A stretch of 57,294 nucleotides of DNA from a virus (Duplodnaviria > Caudoviricetes), in the IMG/VR virus record IMGVR_UViG_3300017748_000009, positions 1 to 57,294 of that record; one strand, given 5' to 3'. Positions 44,701 through 53,897 of this stretch are shown here, one piece after another. A program made the translations under genes and the position numbers. The notes beneath the pieces are model-generated. The model did no database searches. It was not told the DNA's origin and worked only from the letters and a program-made list of their open reading frames with translations. Each line of letters starts with the position of its first letter. Within the stretch, counting starts at the first letter, position 1.

Positions 44701-46882
44701 ACTCACGCAATTCTTTAATGAAGCTGAAGCTTTAGATGGTTTAATGGATTTAGTTTCTAAATTACCGGGAGAAATGTTTGGAGGTAAACTTCAAGAATTA
44801 GTATCCAATCGTGTTGATACATCAAGTAGAAAATATAAGCAAAGGATGATGCAGCAAGAGGAAATACTAGACCAAAAACTTAAGGAAATATATGGTAAGA
44901 AATGGAGAAATGAAGTTAGGTCACATAATAAATTAACTAATGACCCTACTTATATATTAGACCCTGCTGCTTTAGAAAAAGCTCAAAAAGATTTTGATGA
45001 TAAAAAAATATCTGCCTATGAATTAAGGCAGGTTATGAAAGAGAATGAAGTTTATTTAAGTCAAAATGAAATGGCATACTACTATAATCTTTACAAAGAC
45101 CCTGCAAATAGAGCATCATTTGAAGCTACATTTGGTAAGGATTATTCTAGAATTATGGAGGAGATGGAATCTAAAATGAAAGACGGTGTAAAAGAGTTTG
45201 CTGATTGGCAGGTAAATGAATATTATCCTTCATTGTACCCTTACTATAATGAGGTATATAAAAGCTTGTATAGAACTAATATGCCATGGAATCAATATTA
45301 TTCCGGTATGATATACAGACAAGGAGTTGAGCAGGAGTCTATAGATTTATTGTCTGATAAATCAGTTTATAACACATCAGTAGGAGCTTCATCAACAAAG
45401 TTTAGGGTAAATAATAATTTACCTATTAGAAAAATGAATTCCATGAATGTAATGTTTACTTACTTAAGGGACATGGAATACTTCGCTGCATACGGTGAGA
45501 CTATGAGAGATATAAATAAAATATTCTCTAACAAACTAGTAAAAGAAGCAATTAGTTCTATTCACGGTAATTATGTAAATCGTTTGATAGACAATATGAT
45601 TACTAAAATAGCAAACAAAGGTGTGAGAAATAGCCCTGCTGATAGGGTTGTAAACGCACTTAACAATATGTTTATCATTTCTAGGATTGGATTGAACCCA
45701 ACTGTTATGATAAAGCAGTTAACATCTATGATTACATACGCTAATGATATTGGCTACGCTAATTGGTTGAAGTATTCATTAAAGAATCTACCTCAAATAA
45801 AGAAAACTTTTAAAGAAATTTCTAAAAATTCTGTTTATATGCAGGATAGAAACAGACAATCCATAACAAGAGTTATTGAGTCTTACTCCGAAGCTAATAT
45901 GGCTGAGTTTGTCCCTAATCAGTATTGGGATTACTATGTTAACTTCGTAATGTTCACTACTAAGTTTGGTGACAAGGCTGCAATTTATTTGGGAGGTATG
46001 CCTAACTATTTATATTATAAAGACCAAGGTTTAAAACGTGGATTAAGTGAAGAACAAGCACAGAAAGAAGCCGTGCTTAAGTTTGAAAAAGACACAAAGA
46101 GAACACAGCAGTCTATGGACTTACAAGATAGGGACTACTATCAAACTGCCGGTGCATTACAGAGAGGTTTAAATATGTTTATGACTACTCCTAAACAATA
46201 CCTTAGAAAAGAAATACAAGCCACGAGAAATTTATATCGAAAGGTAAAGGCATGGGATTCTAAAGCAGGTAAGGGAACATTAGGTGAGAACCTTAGAACA
46301 TTTGCTACTTATCATGTTTTTGCTCCGGTATTATTTCAGTATGTTACATTAGGATTACCCGGAATATTAAGAGGAGTAAGAGATGAAGATGAGGAAGATT
46401 TATTAAGGGCTGCAGTCGTTGGAAACTTAAACGCATTATTTATTGTAGGAGACATCGTTAAAATGTTGGCTGATGAAATACAAAATAAAGGTTTCCCTGT
46501 ACAAGCTAAAAGTATTGCCCCTTTGATGGTAATGCAAAGGTTAATTACACTTTATCAAAGATTCGATAAAACTAAAGACCCTGTTAAAAAACAACAACAC
46601 TTTGAAAAGTTTGTTGCAGAGCTAACGAGTGTTCCCGGAATTCCTGCTACACAAATCAAAAAGTTTATTGACAACATGGATGATATGGGTAAAAATGGGG
46701 ACATTGGTACAGACATATTGAGATTACTTAACTATTCTAAATATCAGATTGAGGGTCCTGCTAATAAAAAATCTACAACACCCAAGACAACAATCGAAAA
46801 AAATATTGAGTATCAAAAAGAGCAGAAAAGAAAAAACAAACAAACTAAAAAGCTTGGTGGCTATCAGGCACCAAAAAGATAA
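38729..46882 (+). CDS. Giant internal virion protein (polyvalent-protein-like) with a zincin HExxH domain
   Basis: 2717 aa; TVFHEVGH...EERLAE; repeated GR(E/Q)Q(K/R) linkers; helical C-terminal region. Confidence 0.75.
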   Translation: MNDKLQQLYDLYLNEGLLTEATPFEVFSQADENQINSLYELGKNQGLFETTTVDVFSAAWGPVAETVTVEEGEKKNLNFSNPDNQLPEGTPSSTSISEEFNINSPSYLQKPETSTNPFTGTILSDQEVDEFQVSKNNITSDLTSDRQEEDVVAEMNYKFGDYGFQFEQTNIGDAMNVKAANGEEIKIVLDAFGIPFVNEDIGLFANKRAKKLRDFLEKNRVESERIFSERTKSQERKLKKIQNMDELKSLNTLFNSQVDNFSTDVRNFSKEQLRLDKIYQDNFVGLTPTELANSQDYAKYTQLKNNLNTEKQRLANQQKSFQVRGRELNGIAADYYLMLKKSKGDYFDVAEGIERLGSTLAEGIGGIVSGTAGDLAAFTVDKIERIRGTFDAGKSRRAADEHIDYATEILIDNTDGYALNSNLISSLMGDGDTSADKEAISNIDKYLKKGKLNVIDQDKLKSELDKLSPEMLQVVLENTVSKDGDDLHSATESIFRNTSMKAVQEYEGTEITREMPGRPNILQTETITSYDKAKSAALGDANNFNRYTGMLNNMDLESGLRDNIRTALTVISGETDEQAMTRKIVKNEGSFMQKALHGVAYSIPAFIGIYKTVAQKAIAKGGPLVVRELKKYASDKNNVSRTVRLLGQSMDAQMGKMANNPNFDNISLDEQRTVAVPVGIATAVLENIGFRNITSSSPFVQNMLVRGLNKLGVVKKGTEGKLLAKLIREDVNNLVGRGLLVIGAGGAAEFETGALQFVAEDLSERIYNFNKEKQYFQTPDSFTGYMGELLYQGALEAVGGKIMAVPTAISAMATNPKNLDLVTDEAFEMFKGMLGDTQYKKFFTTDLKQRVADPNDELTQKDADTMLETFNIIEGLMPQVPGDLNLQQQRLALSLVMERQALKTEIEPLAPELALKQNARIEEITEQLKDITLLANAEQDAAQKAESAIPEFGETKSETQELQEGDEVTTQEAEDFASAIGDETESSSTTNNLFFNRKGKPKRKLNSIKQGVRNQVLNAATKISKSITKVLPDTKIILHESSKEFNKATGTDGRGFFSFDDNIIHIDMNKANTSTVFHEVGHAFIFNTLGETNTANALKTLLTSAEKGLDSNSLLARQIKRFGQAYESQGPTVQNEERLAELFGQLAANYDTLNTPTKNAVVNFIKKIGNSIGFNFDIITEQDSKIIEMLNSLSGKVREGREVLAEDLSVLKDLRETGTENIGTPTEITKPKGGREQRNINFKDSYPNSLISSKNKIDINKLIDDIVDKKQKVWFWKADQLGINPNTGIDGGPSFALQTPGDIWASSVNPTTIQKNINNSDYIFIISGSPNVMHLFNKVVFDNITDGLPSFETFKTEALETNPVKAIRETLEKYNSFEEIRDNTDGTVRKRFLIGHQEQSKKNTKYAQYVRDNGGFIETESFIDGFFRENEFQINDIMLVLKPTGVRTDSNHSTYSNTIEGDVIGVPNKVVDAFTIMPIPIQQRAKDLGRVQQGEVISPLGSGVKSISKPIRTRGREQKSIEQIGRFFNMNDSGFMPSVINTSQIKRMLPPSVSLKRARSGSYYLSGPRGKINPFSPRGRQQKEIVDIITEGRDGNFRDEVIKDFLIRVKKFPAKVVNDLMEVSVDIFGTLPNSFRNLQDGFKSGVKLYQRAKAYEQKLIKANSKKKVKLTEQQIADQTIEFLEKQPEFKKEGDGSKSLTTRQAAMLYEFQKSVGTRPSENVQEKLTEARKLLFARKRGARDLQKIKSALRNFIRKSLPKDIYTRSEVMKLVRAVTNAQENNIENIFDEVIEFVTKKNNTRLEKTIDNILNGKYITRIGGRIKAAKVSLNIKERIEKIKKDRLNKSATAEDIDKENEALTKEFNSINQKSVKTEGDYSRMEDITLLLNINNSLQMEDTDVNKTGALDMSAKILEDMIVLGRSELKQELEESNKKYNEQSSTAIEEITGQKVDMGDPDAKSQLDLDNVKRLNARQNKTKNVIKKFINQFTSKLTQFFNEAEALDGLMDLVSKLPGEMFGGKLQELVSNRVDTSSRKYKQRMMQQEEILDQKLKEIYGKKWRNEVRSHNKLTNDPTYILDPAALEKAQKDFDDKKISAYELRQVMKENEVYLSQNEMAYYYNLYKDPANRASFEATFGKDYSRIMEEMESKMKDGVKEFADWQVNEYYPSLYPYYNEVYKSLYRTNMPWNQYYSGMIYRQGVEQESIDLLSDKSVYNTSVGASSTKFRVNNNLPIRKMNSMNVMFTYLRDMEYFAAYGETMRDINKIFSNKLVKEAISSIHGNYVNRLIDNMITKIANKGVRNSPADRVVNALNNMFIISRIGLNPTVMIKQLTSMITYANDIGYANWLKYSLKNLPQIKKTFKEISKNSVYMQDRNRQSITRVIESYSEANMAEFVPNQYWDYYVNFVMFTTKFGDKAAIYLGGMPNYLYYKDQGLKRGLSEEQAQKEAVLKFEKDTKRTQQSMDLQDRDYYQTAGALQRGLNMFMTTPKQYLRKEIQATRNLYRKVKAWDSKAGKGTLGENLRTFATYHVFAPVLFQYVTLGLPGILRGVRDEDEEDLLRAAVVGNLNALFIVGDIVKMLADEIQNKGFPVQAKSIAPLMVMQRLITLYQRFDKTKDPVKKQQHFEKFVAELTSVPGIPATQIKKFIDNMDDMGKNGDIGTDILRLLNYSKYQIEGPANKKSTTPKTTIEKNIEYQKEQKRKNKQTKKLGGYQAPKR

Positions 46883-47037
46883 TGCCATTTAAAAAAATAG
46901 GAAAGAATAAAAACGAGAGTCCGAGTGGTAAGATATTTTCCGATGCACAAGTCAGGTTGTATTATGCTACAGATGGATTTAAAAAATCTCCTAAGAAACC
47001 TAAGGGATTAAGACCATCTAAGAGATACGGAGGTTAG
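46882..47037 (+). CDS. Small basic protein (51 aa)
   Basis: MPFKKIGKNKNESPSGKIFSDAQVRLYYATDGFKKSPKKPKGLRPSKRYGG; TAATG coupling. Confidence 0.7.
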   Translation: MPFKKIGKNKNESPSGKIFSDAQVRLYYATDGFKKSPKKPKGLRPSKRYGG

Positions 47038-47447
47038 TAAAATTTGAAGTAACGAAAAGTCTTTTGCTTTGGATAATAAATCATCAGCTCTTGGTCGTTG
47101 ACCGCACCCTCACGAGGCTTCCTTCCTCCCCACCTTACTTCACCTTTAATATCAGTTGGTTTTCCATATATAATACCATCATCACACGCCCATATAATAA
47201 CAGGATTTAATCTTTTATCACAAAGCTTTACTACTTTTCGTGCTGCCACAGGCAACGGATATGCCTCTTCTAAAGTCCTGTGTCTACCCTTTACCTCTGC
47301 ATAAGCAATTAATTTTCCGACTTTATTATAAACTCGGTAGTCCACATCGTTAGGGTCTAGCTTTTTATAAGAACCTTCAAACCTGTTTACAAAAAATTCA
47401 ATAGCTTTTTTTTCTCTAGATAAATCCTTATCGTTTTCAAACCTCAT
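47034..47447 (-). CDS. PD-(D/E)xK-family nuclease
   Basis: VDY...YAEVKGR; start revised to MRFEND (ATGA coupling). Confidence 0.7.
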   Translation of the reverse strand: MRFENDKDLSREKKAIEFFVNRFEGSYKKLDPNDVDYRVYNKVGKLIAYAEVKGRHRTLEEAYPLPVAARKVVKLCDKRLNPVIIWACDDGIIYGKPTDIKGEVRWGGRKPREGAVNDQELMIYYPKQKTFRYFKFY

Positions 47448-47833
47448 TTTGAATGTATTTCTGCATGACACCTACTGCATAAGCACATACATTTATTTAT
47501 TTCTTTTAAAATATTTTCTTTAGAATACCCTTTTGAACTACCATCCGCTACACAAAAATCTTTATTGTCTTGAGTATGGTGAAATTGTAAAGCATTTATT
47601 GAAAAGTTAGGATGGGTAGCTTTTGAGTAACCACACATACTACATTTTAATTTATTTTTTATTTTACTTAACCAATCTCTTCGCCTTTTCCTTCTTTTAA
47701 TTTTATAAATTCTTTTGCAATTCTTACATAAGTTATCCATTATGTCTACACCTGCTTTAGTTTTACGCCCACCCTTATAAAAGTTGTCGATTGTTTTTAC
47801 TTCACTACAGCTCCTGCATTTCTTAGATTTCAT
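47444..47833 (-). CDS. HNH endonuclease with zinc fingers
   Basis: CRSC...CKNC, CSMCG...LQFHH...EINKC..LCSRCHAEIH. Confidence 0.85.
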   Translation of the reverse strand: MKSKKCRSCSEVKTIDNFYKGGRKTKAGVDIMDNLCKNCKRIYKIKRRKRRRDWLSKIKNKLKCSMCGYSKATHPNFSINALQFHHTQDNKDFCVADGSSKGYSKENILKEINKCMCLCSRCHAEIHSK

Positions 47834-48005
47834 CTTGCATAGAATCTGAAAGGGCTTTAAGTTTTTTTTGAAATATATTTATGGTATGCTTTGTAACTTT
47901 ATATTCTTTGTCGCAGAGACTTTCATATATCTCACAATTAAACCCATTTAATTCATCCATCAATAGATTAATGTGCTGAATTCTTTCTTGTTCTAGGGCT
48001 GTCAT
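47823..48005 (-). CDS. Hypothetical protein
   Basis: 60-aa ORF in the operon. Confidence 0.65.
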   Translation of the reverse strand: MTALEQERIQHINLLMDELNGFNCEIYESLCDKEYKVTKHTINIFQKKLKALSDSMQDEI

Positions 48006-48013
48006 TTATTTTT

Positions 48014-48262
48014 TTATTTATCCATAGCATCTAATAACCTTGACCCAAGTTCTGAATCAACAGTTTTAATAGCTTTATATATTTTTCTTGAGTTTTTTCT
48101 AACCTCTAATCTTTCAGATTTCAGAGAGTCACTTCCTAAGTTAGTGTACTGTGAGCAATCTATTCGTAAAAGTTCATCTGTAATTTTTCTTACTGACCAA
48201 CTTTTAAATTCAATTATTTTATCTATATCTGAAAAAGTATAGCTCATTTGATTAAGTTTCAT
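48014..48262 (-). CDS. Hypothetical protein
   Basis: 82-aa ORF in the operon. Confidence 0.7.
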   Translation of the reverse strand: MKLNQMSYTFSDIDKIIEFKSWSVRKITDELLRIDCSQYTNLGSDSLKSERLEVRKNSRKIYKAIKTVDSELGSRLLDAMDK

Positions 48263-48281
48263 ACAATTTATAATTTATTTT

Positions 48282-48677
48282 TTAGTCATGCAACTGCTTC
48301 GTGCTTTTTTTTAATTCATCATATGCAGACTCAAGCTCTAAATAAGCCATTCTTAAATCTGTAAGAGAGTAATCTAATACAGGGTGGTTTGTGGATTCAA
48401 ATAAGTTTTTACACCTTAAATAAGACAACTCTAAATCTTTTTCTTGAGCAAGAAGCCAAGGTGCTTTTTTTATAACATGAATTACAGTTGCGTGATTTTT
48501 ACCTAGGAACTCACCTATTTTACTGTAACTTCCACCATATTTTCGTGCTATAAAATAAAACACTAATCTAGCATTAGTATATATTATTTTTCTACTCGGA
48601 CTTGCTATATCAATTCCAAACTCTGTATCTACTATCTTTTTAAGATAATTCAGATGTGTTGTTGTACGTTTCTTCAT
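48282..48677 (-). CDS. DnaA C-terminal (domain IV)-like HTH protein
   Basis: SRK....AR...Y.AR...SYSKIG.FLGKNHATVIH. Confidence 0.8.
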   Translation of the reverse strand: MKKRTTTHLNYLKKIVDTEFGIDIASPSRKIIYTNARLVFYFIARKYGGSYSKIGEFLGKNHATVIHVIKKAPWLLAQEKDLELSYLRCKNLFESTNHPVLDYSLTDLRMAYLELESAYDELKKSTKQLHD

Positions 48678-48993
48678 TTAATTTAATTGTTTTTTTTTCA
48701 TTATAATAATCTAAATACTCATCAACATCTATAGGCTGTATGTCTAAAAATATAGGAGGCTCACCATGTTCCCTAATATATTCTACTTTAAAAAAATATG
48801 GAGATGAAAGTGCATTTGAAACACCTGCTATTTCTTGAGTCCAATGTTCTTGAGATGGTAACTGCTCGACAACTCTATCTACTTGGGTAGCAATTTGTAT
48901 TCCCAACTTTGGGTCCAACTCTCTAATTTTATCGACAAACCAATCATCAACTTCGTAATGTTTAATCTCCCCTATATACTTCTGTCTTTGCAT
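48640..48993 (-). CDS. Hypothetical protein
   Basis: 117-aa ORF in the operon. Confidence 0.65.
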   Translation of the reverse strand: MQRQKYIGEIKHYEVDDWFVDKIRELDPKLGIQIATQVDRVVEQLPSQEHWTQEIAGVSNALSSPYFFKVEYIREHGEPPIFLDIQPIDVDEYLDYYNEKKTIKLNEETYNNTSELS

Positions 48994-49201
48994 ATTCTTT
49001 CAGTTCTTCTAACCTAAACTTTTGCAATTCTGAAACTACTCCATTTGGTCTTTTACATTCTACAAACAATACTTCTGAGTCTTTTGGTATCGCTATTAAA
49101 TCAGGGATACCGTTCTTGTTAGTTACTGTAAGTTTTATTACATAGTAACCTTCTTTTTCTAGTTGTTTAATTCTTTTTCTCTGTATTACCTGCTCTGTCA
49201 T
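48962..49201 (-). CDS. VRR-NUC nuclease (resolvase-like)
   Basis: MTEQ.IQ...GIPDLIA...LFVECKRP.G.VSELQ. Confidence 0.85.
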   Translation of the reverse strand: MTEQVIQRKRIKQLEKEGYYVIKLTVTNKNGIPDLIAIPKDSEVLFVECKRPNGVVSELQKFRLEELKEYAKTEVYRGD

Positions 49202-49373
49202 TTTTATAATCTATTAAAAATCCTATAGCTACTATTAAGTTCATGCCTAAGGAACAGAATAACTCATAGAGGTCATTAAAACTATGTATAGAAAGATGTA
49301 TATGACCAACCACCCAAAAAGGTACAGCTAAATTTTGGCTTATCCACACAAGTAAAAACCTAATAAACCTCAT
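49167..49373 (-). CDS. Small membrane protein
   Basis: Two hydrophobic segments. Confidence 0.65.
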   Translation of the reverse strand: MRFIRFLLVWISQNLAVPFWVVGHIHLSIHSFNDLYELFCSLGMNLIVAIGFLIDYKNDRAGNTEKKN

Positions 49374-49374
49374 A

Positions 49375-50610
49375 TTACAAAGATAATAAATCCTTTTTGA
49401 AATGATTTACCGTGTAATCTTTCTTGTTAATTACAGTTTTATATATGTCATTTTCTATTCCATCTTTTGCAAAGACCCAATAAACTTTATTTCTTAATCT
49501 TTCTTTGGTAGTCATTCGGTCTTTAGATTGCCAATAGGAGGTAGCTGAAAAGTCTATATTGTAATACACTAAACACTCGGCTTTAGATAAACTTATACCT
49601 TCCCTCCCACTAACAATCTGCAAAGCAATGTTTTTATTAGTAGAATTAAACTCGTCAAGCTCTGTTGTAAGAAAACTACCATATACATCTTTCATAGCTT
49701 CAAGTTCTTCCTTAAACTTATAAAAAATTGCAATCTTTTGGTTAAAAAAATGTTCCTTAATAAAACTTGCTTTGCTCCAATCTACAACCATAGATTTGCC
49801 TGATTCAAACTTTACAGTTCCCGAATACAACTGATGTAGTTTACTCATAAGCTTAACAGGTGTGTCACCTAAAACTACGTCCTTACTTCCTGAAAGAACT
49901 TTTTGTTGTTTAAATCTTTTAATCATTGAGTAGGTTGATTCTAATAACTCCACTTGTAATACTTCTTCTGTAGTTTCAACTTTAAAACCTGCTTGTTTTT
50001 GTGTGTAACTTATAGTATAAGGTTGCATGGTTCTTAAAATACTTGGCTTACCATTACTATAGTCATTGATATATAAAGAATTAATTTTTTTACGAGTTAC
50101 CTTTACATAATCCTTAGAAAAAGCGTAAAAGTTTTTAAAGTGATTAAAAGGATTGGCAGGAATACCATAGACCTGATGGTAGATTTGACTGTATGATTCA
50201 GGAGAAGGAGTACCTGATAACAAACAAACAGCAGGGTCGTACTTATGTATAAAATCTTTAACAGCTTTGGCTCTTTTGCTAGGCTTTGGAAATGCCCCTA
50301 ACCCATGGGATTCATCTAATATTAAAAAGTCACATCGTTTTACCATAAGCTTGTGCATGGACTCATAATTAATTACATGAAAGTTAAAATTAGGATTTAA
50401 TAATTTATAGTCTTTTGTTATAGAAGAAATTGCTTTCTTTTTTGTAATAAAAACTATGTCTTTAAAACCGCAGGAACTAGCAATCCCTAAAGAGGTTAAA
50501 GTTTTACCTGTTCTAACCTCCATAGCTAAATATACAAACCTATATTTATTTACAAGTTCAAGCCCTTTGGTTATTATTTTTTTCTGATACGGTCTCCAAT
50601 TTATTTTCAT
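49375..50610 (-). CDS. SNF2-like superfamily 2 helicase
   Basis: RPYQ, RTGKT, ILDESH, LSGTP and EGISLS motifs. Confidence 0.88.
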   Translation of the reverse strand: MKINWRPYQKKIITKGLELVNKYRFVYLAMEVRTGKTLTSLGIASSCGFKDIVFITKKKAISSITKDYKLLNPNFNFHVINYESMHKLMVKRCDFLILDESHGLGAFPKPSKRAKAVKDFIHKYDPAVCLLSGTPSPESYSQIYHQVYGIPANPFNHFKNFYAFSKDYVKVTRKKINSLYINDYSNGKPSILRTMQPYTISYTQKQAGFKVETTEEVLQVELLESTYSMIKRFKQQKVLSGSKDVVLGDTPVKLMSKLHQLYSGTVKFESGKSMVVDWSKASFIKEHFFNQKIAIFYKFKEELEAMKDVYGSFLTTELDEFNSTNKNIALQIVSGREGISLSKAECLVYYNIDFSATSYWQSKDRMTTKERLRNKVYWVFAKDGIENDIYKTVINKKDYTVNHFKKDLLSL

Positions 50611-50818
50611 AGTGTTTTATAGTGTTTGTTATTCTTGTTCTTATTTCTTGGTCTTCAATTTCATTATAGACAAACTGCATCTTAACTGTAGCTTTTTTTC
50701 CTCGTCCTTGTCTTACTTCATGTTTTTTAAACATTACTTTTTGCAGCAGTCTTGCTTGTCGTAAAGATTCATGGTTATTATATCCTGTCGCTGCGTAATC
50801 AATTATGTCTTTCATCAA
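50558..50818 (-). CDS. Hypothetical protein
   Basis: 86-aa ORF in the operon. Confidence 0.6.
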   Translation of the reverse strand: MMKDIIDYAATGYNNHESLRQARLLQKVMFKKHEVRQGRGKKATVKMQFVYNEIEDQEIRTRITNTIKHYENKLETVSEKNNNQRA

Positions 50819-51038
50819 TGAATTTTTTTATTATCACACATTTTTCAAACTCTTCTTCCGCAGAAAAAAAATCTGTCATATCTAAAAGTAACTCAATAGA
50901 AATAGGCTTAGATGGGTGATGTAAAAAATAACTACGACCCTTTTCCATGATTGATTCATATTGAACATCATTAAATAAAACATCATAAGAATTTCTATAT
51001 GCTTCTTCAATATTTTTTAAGTCGGAAAAATCCATCAT
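50799..51038 (-). CDS. Hypothetical protein with UVR-like C-terminus
   Basis: EEEFEKC..IK. Confidence 0.65.
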   Translation of the reverse strand: MMDFSDLKNIEEAYRNSYDVLFNDVQYESIMEKGRSYFLHHPSKPISIELLLDMTDFFSAEEEFEKCVIIKKFIDERHN

Positions 51039-53452
51039 ATCAATTTGGTTTGAATGTTATTCTCTTCTTTTCTTTTTATTCTTATCCATCTACCTGTACC
51101 ATCTCTCCCCTCTTCAGGAGATAACCCTGTTTTGTAAACTGCAAAAGAGTATATCCATTTGTTAAATTTTATTCTTGATATAGTCAATTTAGCTTTGGGT
51201 CCATAGTCAGGGTATTGTTCTATAAAATCAAAGTAACAATCTTGTAATGAAATTCTTCTATCTATTTCAAGTTTTTCATTTTCTGTTGTTCCGTTTATTA
51301 TTCCACACCATTCAATAAAATCGTGTGATGTTTCAGCAGATAGTTGTCTAATTTTTAAATTTACAAATTTACTTTTAACCAATCCTTTTGATAAATATAA
51401 TTGTAGACAGCTAATCATATAGTTATCAAACATACACCATTCACTATCATCCCAATCTCCAAACATTAATTTTCCAAAATCATCTAAAGGTGAAAAGTTT
51501 TTGTTGTAGAATTGGTGCAATTCCAATTCCCACTTTCTTCTTACGAAAGAATTACCTGCCCCTTTTATAGCGTAGTTTGTCGTAATAGCTATCTTCGGAG
51601 ACTTACTAAATGGTATCTTAATAGCATCTTTGTTTTTCTTTTCTAGCGTTAAACCTTCTGTTACTACACTAAACAATCTTTCAAAATCAAATGCTTTCTT
51701 AACATCATCAAACACTAATATTTGTGTGTCGGCAGAAACTAATTGATAAGCAAAACTTCTTTCAAAATAAAATGATTTGCCATCTATAGTAACAACCTTT
51801 TTCATTTGTGACAAAGCGTTCATAAAAATACCCTTGCCTGTTCCACCTTCAGGGTTATCAGAAATAACCTCATCATTAAGTATAACGGCAGGACAATAAC
51901 TTAAATTCTTGTAACCATGCATAAGAAATCCTATCGTACTTTCCATTGATGCCATCCTATCTCCCTCGTTCTTACAAATGTTTGACACAAATTTTTTGTA
52001 ATCGCTTTGTAAAAATTCACACTCATTAAAGTTTCTATTAATAACATGGTCTTTCCATACATACCCACCTAAATCAATATAGTCTAAAACATCTAAAGAA
52101 TTTTTAGTTATTTTAATAGCACAATTTTTGTAATATAAATAAGATGTAGATTTTGTGTCTTCAATAAAATATATATCAATGGTCGACAATAAAGAAAGAA
52201 ACTCTTCACGAAAAAATCTTGTGTTGTCAGCAAAGTAATTATATATAGTTGGGTCATCTAATTCGATTAAGTGATTTAAAACAAAATCTTTTATTTGCTT
52301 TTCATCCGTATGGTCTATTAAATTATTTGTAACCTTAACAAATACATAGTTCTTACTTCCTTCAGGACAAAACTTATAAAAGCCATTGTCTTCTAAAAAC
52401 TGTTTGAATAAAATATGTACAACTTTAATTACACCTTTATCACTTTTAGTCCAAAACTTTTGTTCTTTGTTTTCCTCATCAACTCTTTGAAGGACAGCTT
52501 CGATAACTTGCCCATCTATACTTGTTTCAGATAACTGAGATTTTATTTCTTTTTTTGATACCCCACGCCTGAGTTTTACTTTAATGTTATTTATTCTTTC
52601 ATCATCTTCGTAATACTTGGTGCCAAAATTTTGTGTCTGTGCATAAGCACTATCTATAGTTCTATTAATTTCACTCAGTCCAAAATCTTTTGTTTGGTAG
52701 TTGCTTAATACATAATTGGCTAAAGATTTATTTATGCCATAATCATTAAATGCTGAAGCTAATACAAAGACATTATTATTTCTTTGCCCTTCCACCATCG
52801 GGTATTTTTTTAACCACCATTTGGTAAGTATCTCAACAATTTTATTTTCATCAGTTATAGGTATCGTTGGAAGGTCTCGTAATGTATGTCTTTCTTGGTA
52901 TTCCTTTTCTTCTATAGTATCCCAAACACTTGAGTTTTCATTTACATATATTAATGGGTCATAGCTTTCGTAACATACTCGTGATACATTTTTGCAAGTA
53001 ATGTCAAAGTGGGGATTATCAAAATGTTTTTGAAGTGAATTAAAATAATTAACATGATTGTCAGCATCATTAGGTATTTTAACCAACACCTTTAATCCTT
53101 GACCTGATGGACTTATGAAAGTAGAATAAACATAATTATTTTTCGTCAGGTTTTCTTTATCCTGTAATAATTCTTTGTTCTTTTCATAGCCATCAAAATC
53201 TAAACATATTATTCCTGTGTGTTCTTGAATAGAACTATCGTTTCTCTTATTAAAGATACCTGAAAAACATATTGCAGGTAACATCTTTTTTAATTCGTTT
53301 CGTTCTGTTTTTCTTTTTTCAGAACGGATTTGTTTTACTAATTCTTTTGTTGCACCGTTTTTAATTCTTTTAAGTATATGTCCAATAGGTCTATGAAAAG
53401 GCGTATCGGTTTCCTTAATATTTTTAAATATAGTTATGTGTTGTTCTTGCAT
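51035..53452 (-). CDS. Primase-helicase (BT4734/VirE-N-like primase domain, PriCT, P-loop helicase)
   Basis: ICLDFD, FISPSG.GLKV, R.CYESYDP, EGQRNN, GGTGKG and LVFDD motifs. Confidence 0.88.
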   Translation of the reverse strand: MQEQHITIFKNIKETDTPFHRPIGHILKRIKNGATKELVKQIRSEKRKTERNELKKMLPAICFSGIFNKRNDSSIQEHTGIICLDFDGYEKNKELLQDKENLTKNNYVYSTFISPSGQGLKVLVKIPNDADNHVNYFNSLQKHFDNPHFDITCKNVSRVCYESYDPLIYVNENSSVWDTIEEKEYQERHTLRDLPTIPITDENKIVEILTKWWLKKYPMVEGQRNNNVFVLASAFNDYGINKSLANYVLSNYQTKDFGLSEINRTIDSAYAQTQNFGTKYYEDDERINNIKVKLRRGVSKKEIKSQLSETSIDGQVIEAVLQRVDEENKEQKFWTKSDKGVIKVVHILFKQFLEDNGFYKFCPEGSKNYVFVKVTNNLIDHTDEKQIKDFVLNHLIELDDPTIYNYFADNTRFFREEFLSLLSTIDIYFIEDTKSTSYLYYKNCAIKITKNSLDVLDYIDLGGYVWKDHVINRNFNECEFLQSDYKKFVSNICKNEGDRMASMESTIGFLMHGYKNLSYCPAVILNDEVISDNPEGGTGKGIFMNALSQMKKVVTIDGKSFYFERSFAYQLVSADTQILVFDDVKKAFDFERLFSVVTEGLTLEKKNKDAIKIPFSKSPKIAITTNYAIKGAGNSFVRRKWELELHQFYNKNFSPLDDFGKLMFGDWDDSEWCMFDNYMISCLQLYLSKGLVKSKFVNLKIRQLSAETSHDFIEWCGIINGTTENEKLEIDRRISLQDCYFDFIEQYPDYGPKAKLTISRIKFNKWIYSFAVYKTGLSPEEGRDGTGRWIRIKRKEENNIQTKLI

Positions 53453-53468
53453 TTAATTATAGTGGTTT

Positions 53469-53495
53469 AAAAAAGGGGTAGCCGAAACTACCCCC
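53469..53495 (-). terminator. Intrinsic terminator after the SSB gene
   Basis: GGGGTAG-TTTCGG-CTACCCC followed by a T run on the minus strand. Confidence 0.8.
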
Positions 53496-53502
53496 TGATT
53501 AT

Positions 53503-53763
53503 TTAAAATGGTAAATCAGCCCCTTCTTTTTCAGGAGACTTTTCTGTAGCTGTTTTAGGCACAAATGTATCTAGTTCAATGTAAAAGCTTCCACTTTTAG
53601 CCTTGTTACAATTCAGGTTTACCCAACCCCCTTTATGATGTTTCTTCATAAACGCAATCGCATCGTCAACTTTAACACTTATCCTTCCAACAACAAAGTC
53701 AGGAGCATTATCTCTTCTTTTGAAAGAGAAACCATCTGCAAATATTTTTTCATCATTCGCCAT
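53503..53763 (-). CDS. Putative single-stranded DNA-binding protein
   Basis: Small beta protein with acidic DLPF tail in a recombination module. Confidence 0.7.
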   Translation of the reverse strand: MANDEKIFADGFSFKRRDNAPDFVVGRISVKVDDAIAFMKKHHKGGWVNLNCNKAKSGSFYIELDTFVPKTATEKSPEKEGADLPF

Positions 53764-53897
53764 AGTTTTTAATTTTAATTTTTTGTTCCATTAGTTTAAT
53801 AGTTGAGGCAACTAATTCATAGTAGCCATGGATATTGTCTTGCTCCAACGGAACTTCAATAACAAAACTCGTCCTTTTTCTTTTAACTTTTATCTTA

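Noticed and set aside
5747-44706. Antisense ORFs from the track (for example 5747-6244, 28108-28377, 44356-44706)
   Set aside because: Shadows of long, well-supported genes on the other strand.
38729-46882. crAss-like virion RNA polymerase
   Set aside because: No convincing DxDxD catalytic motif, and host-type promoters occur throughout.
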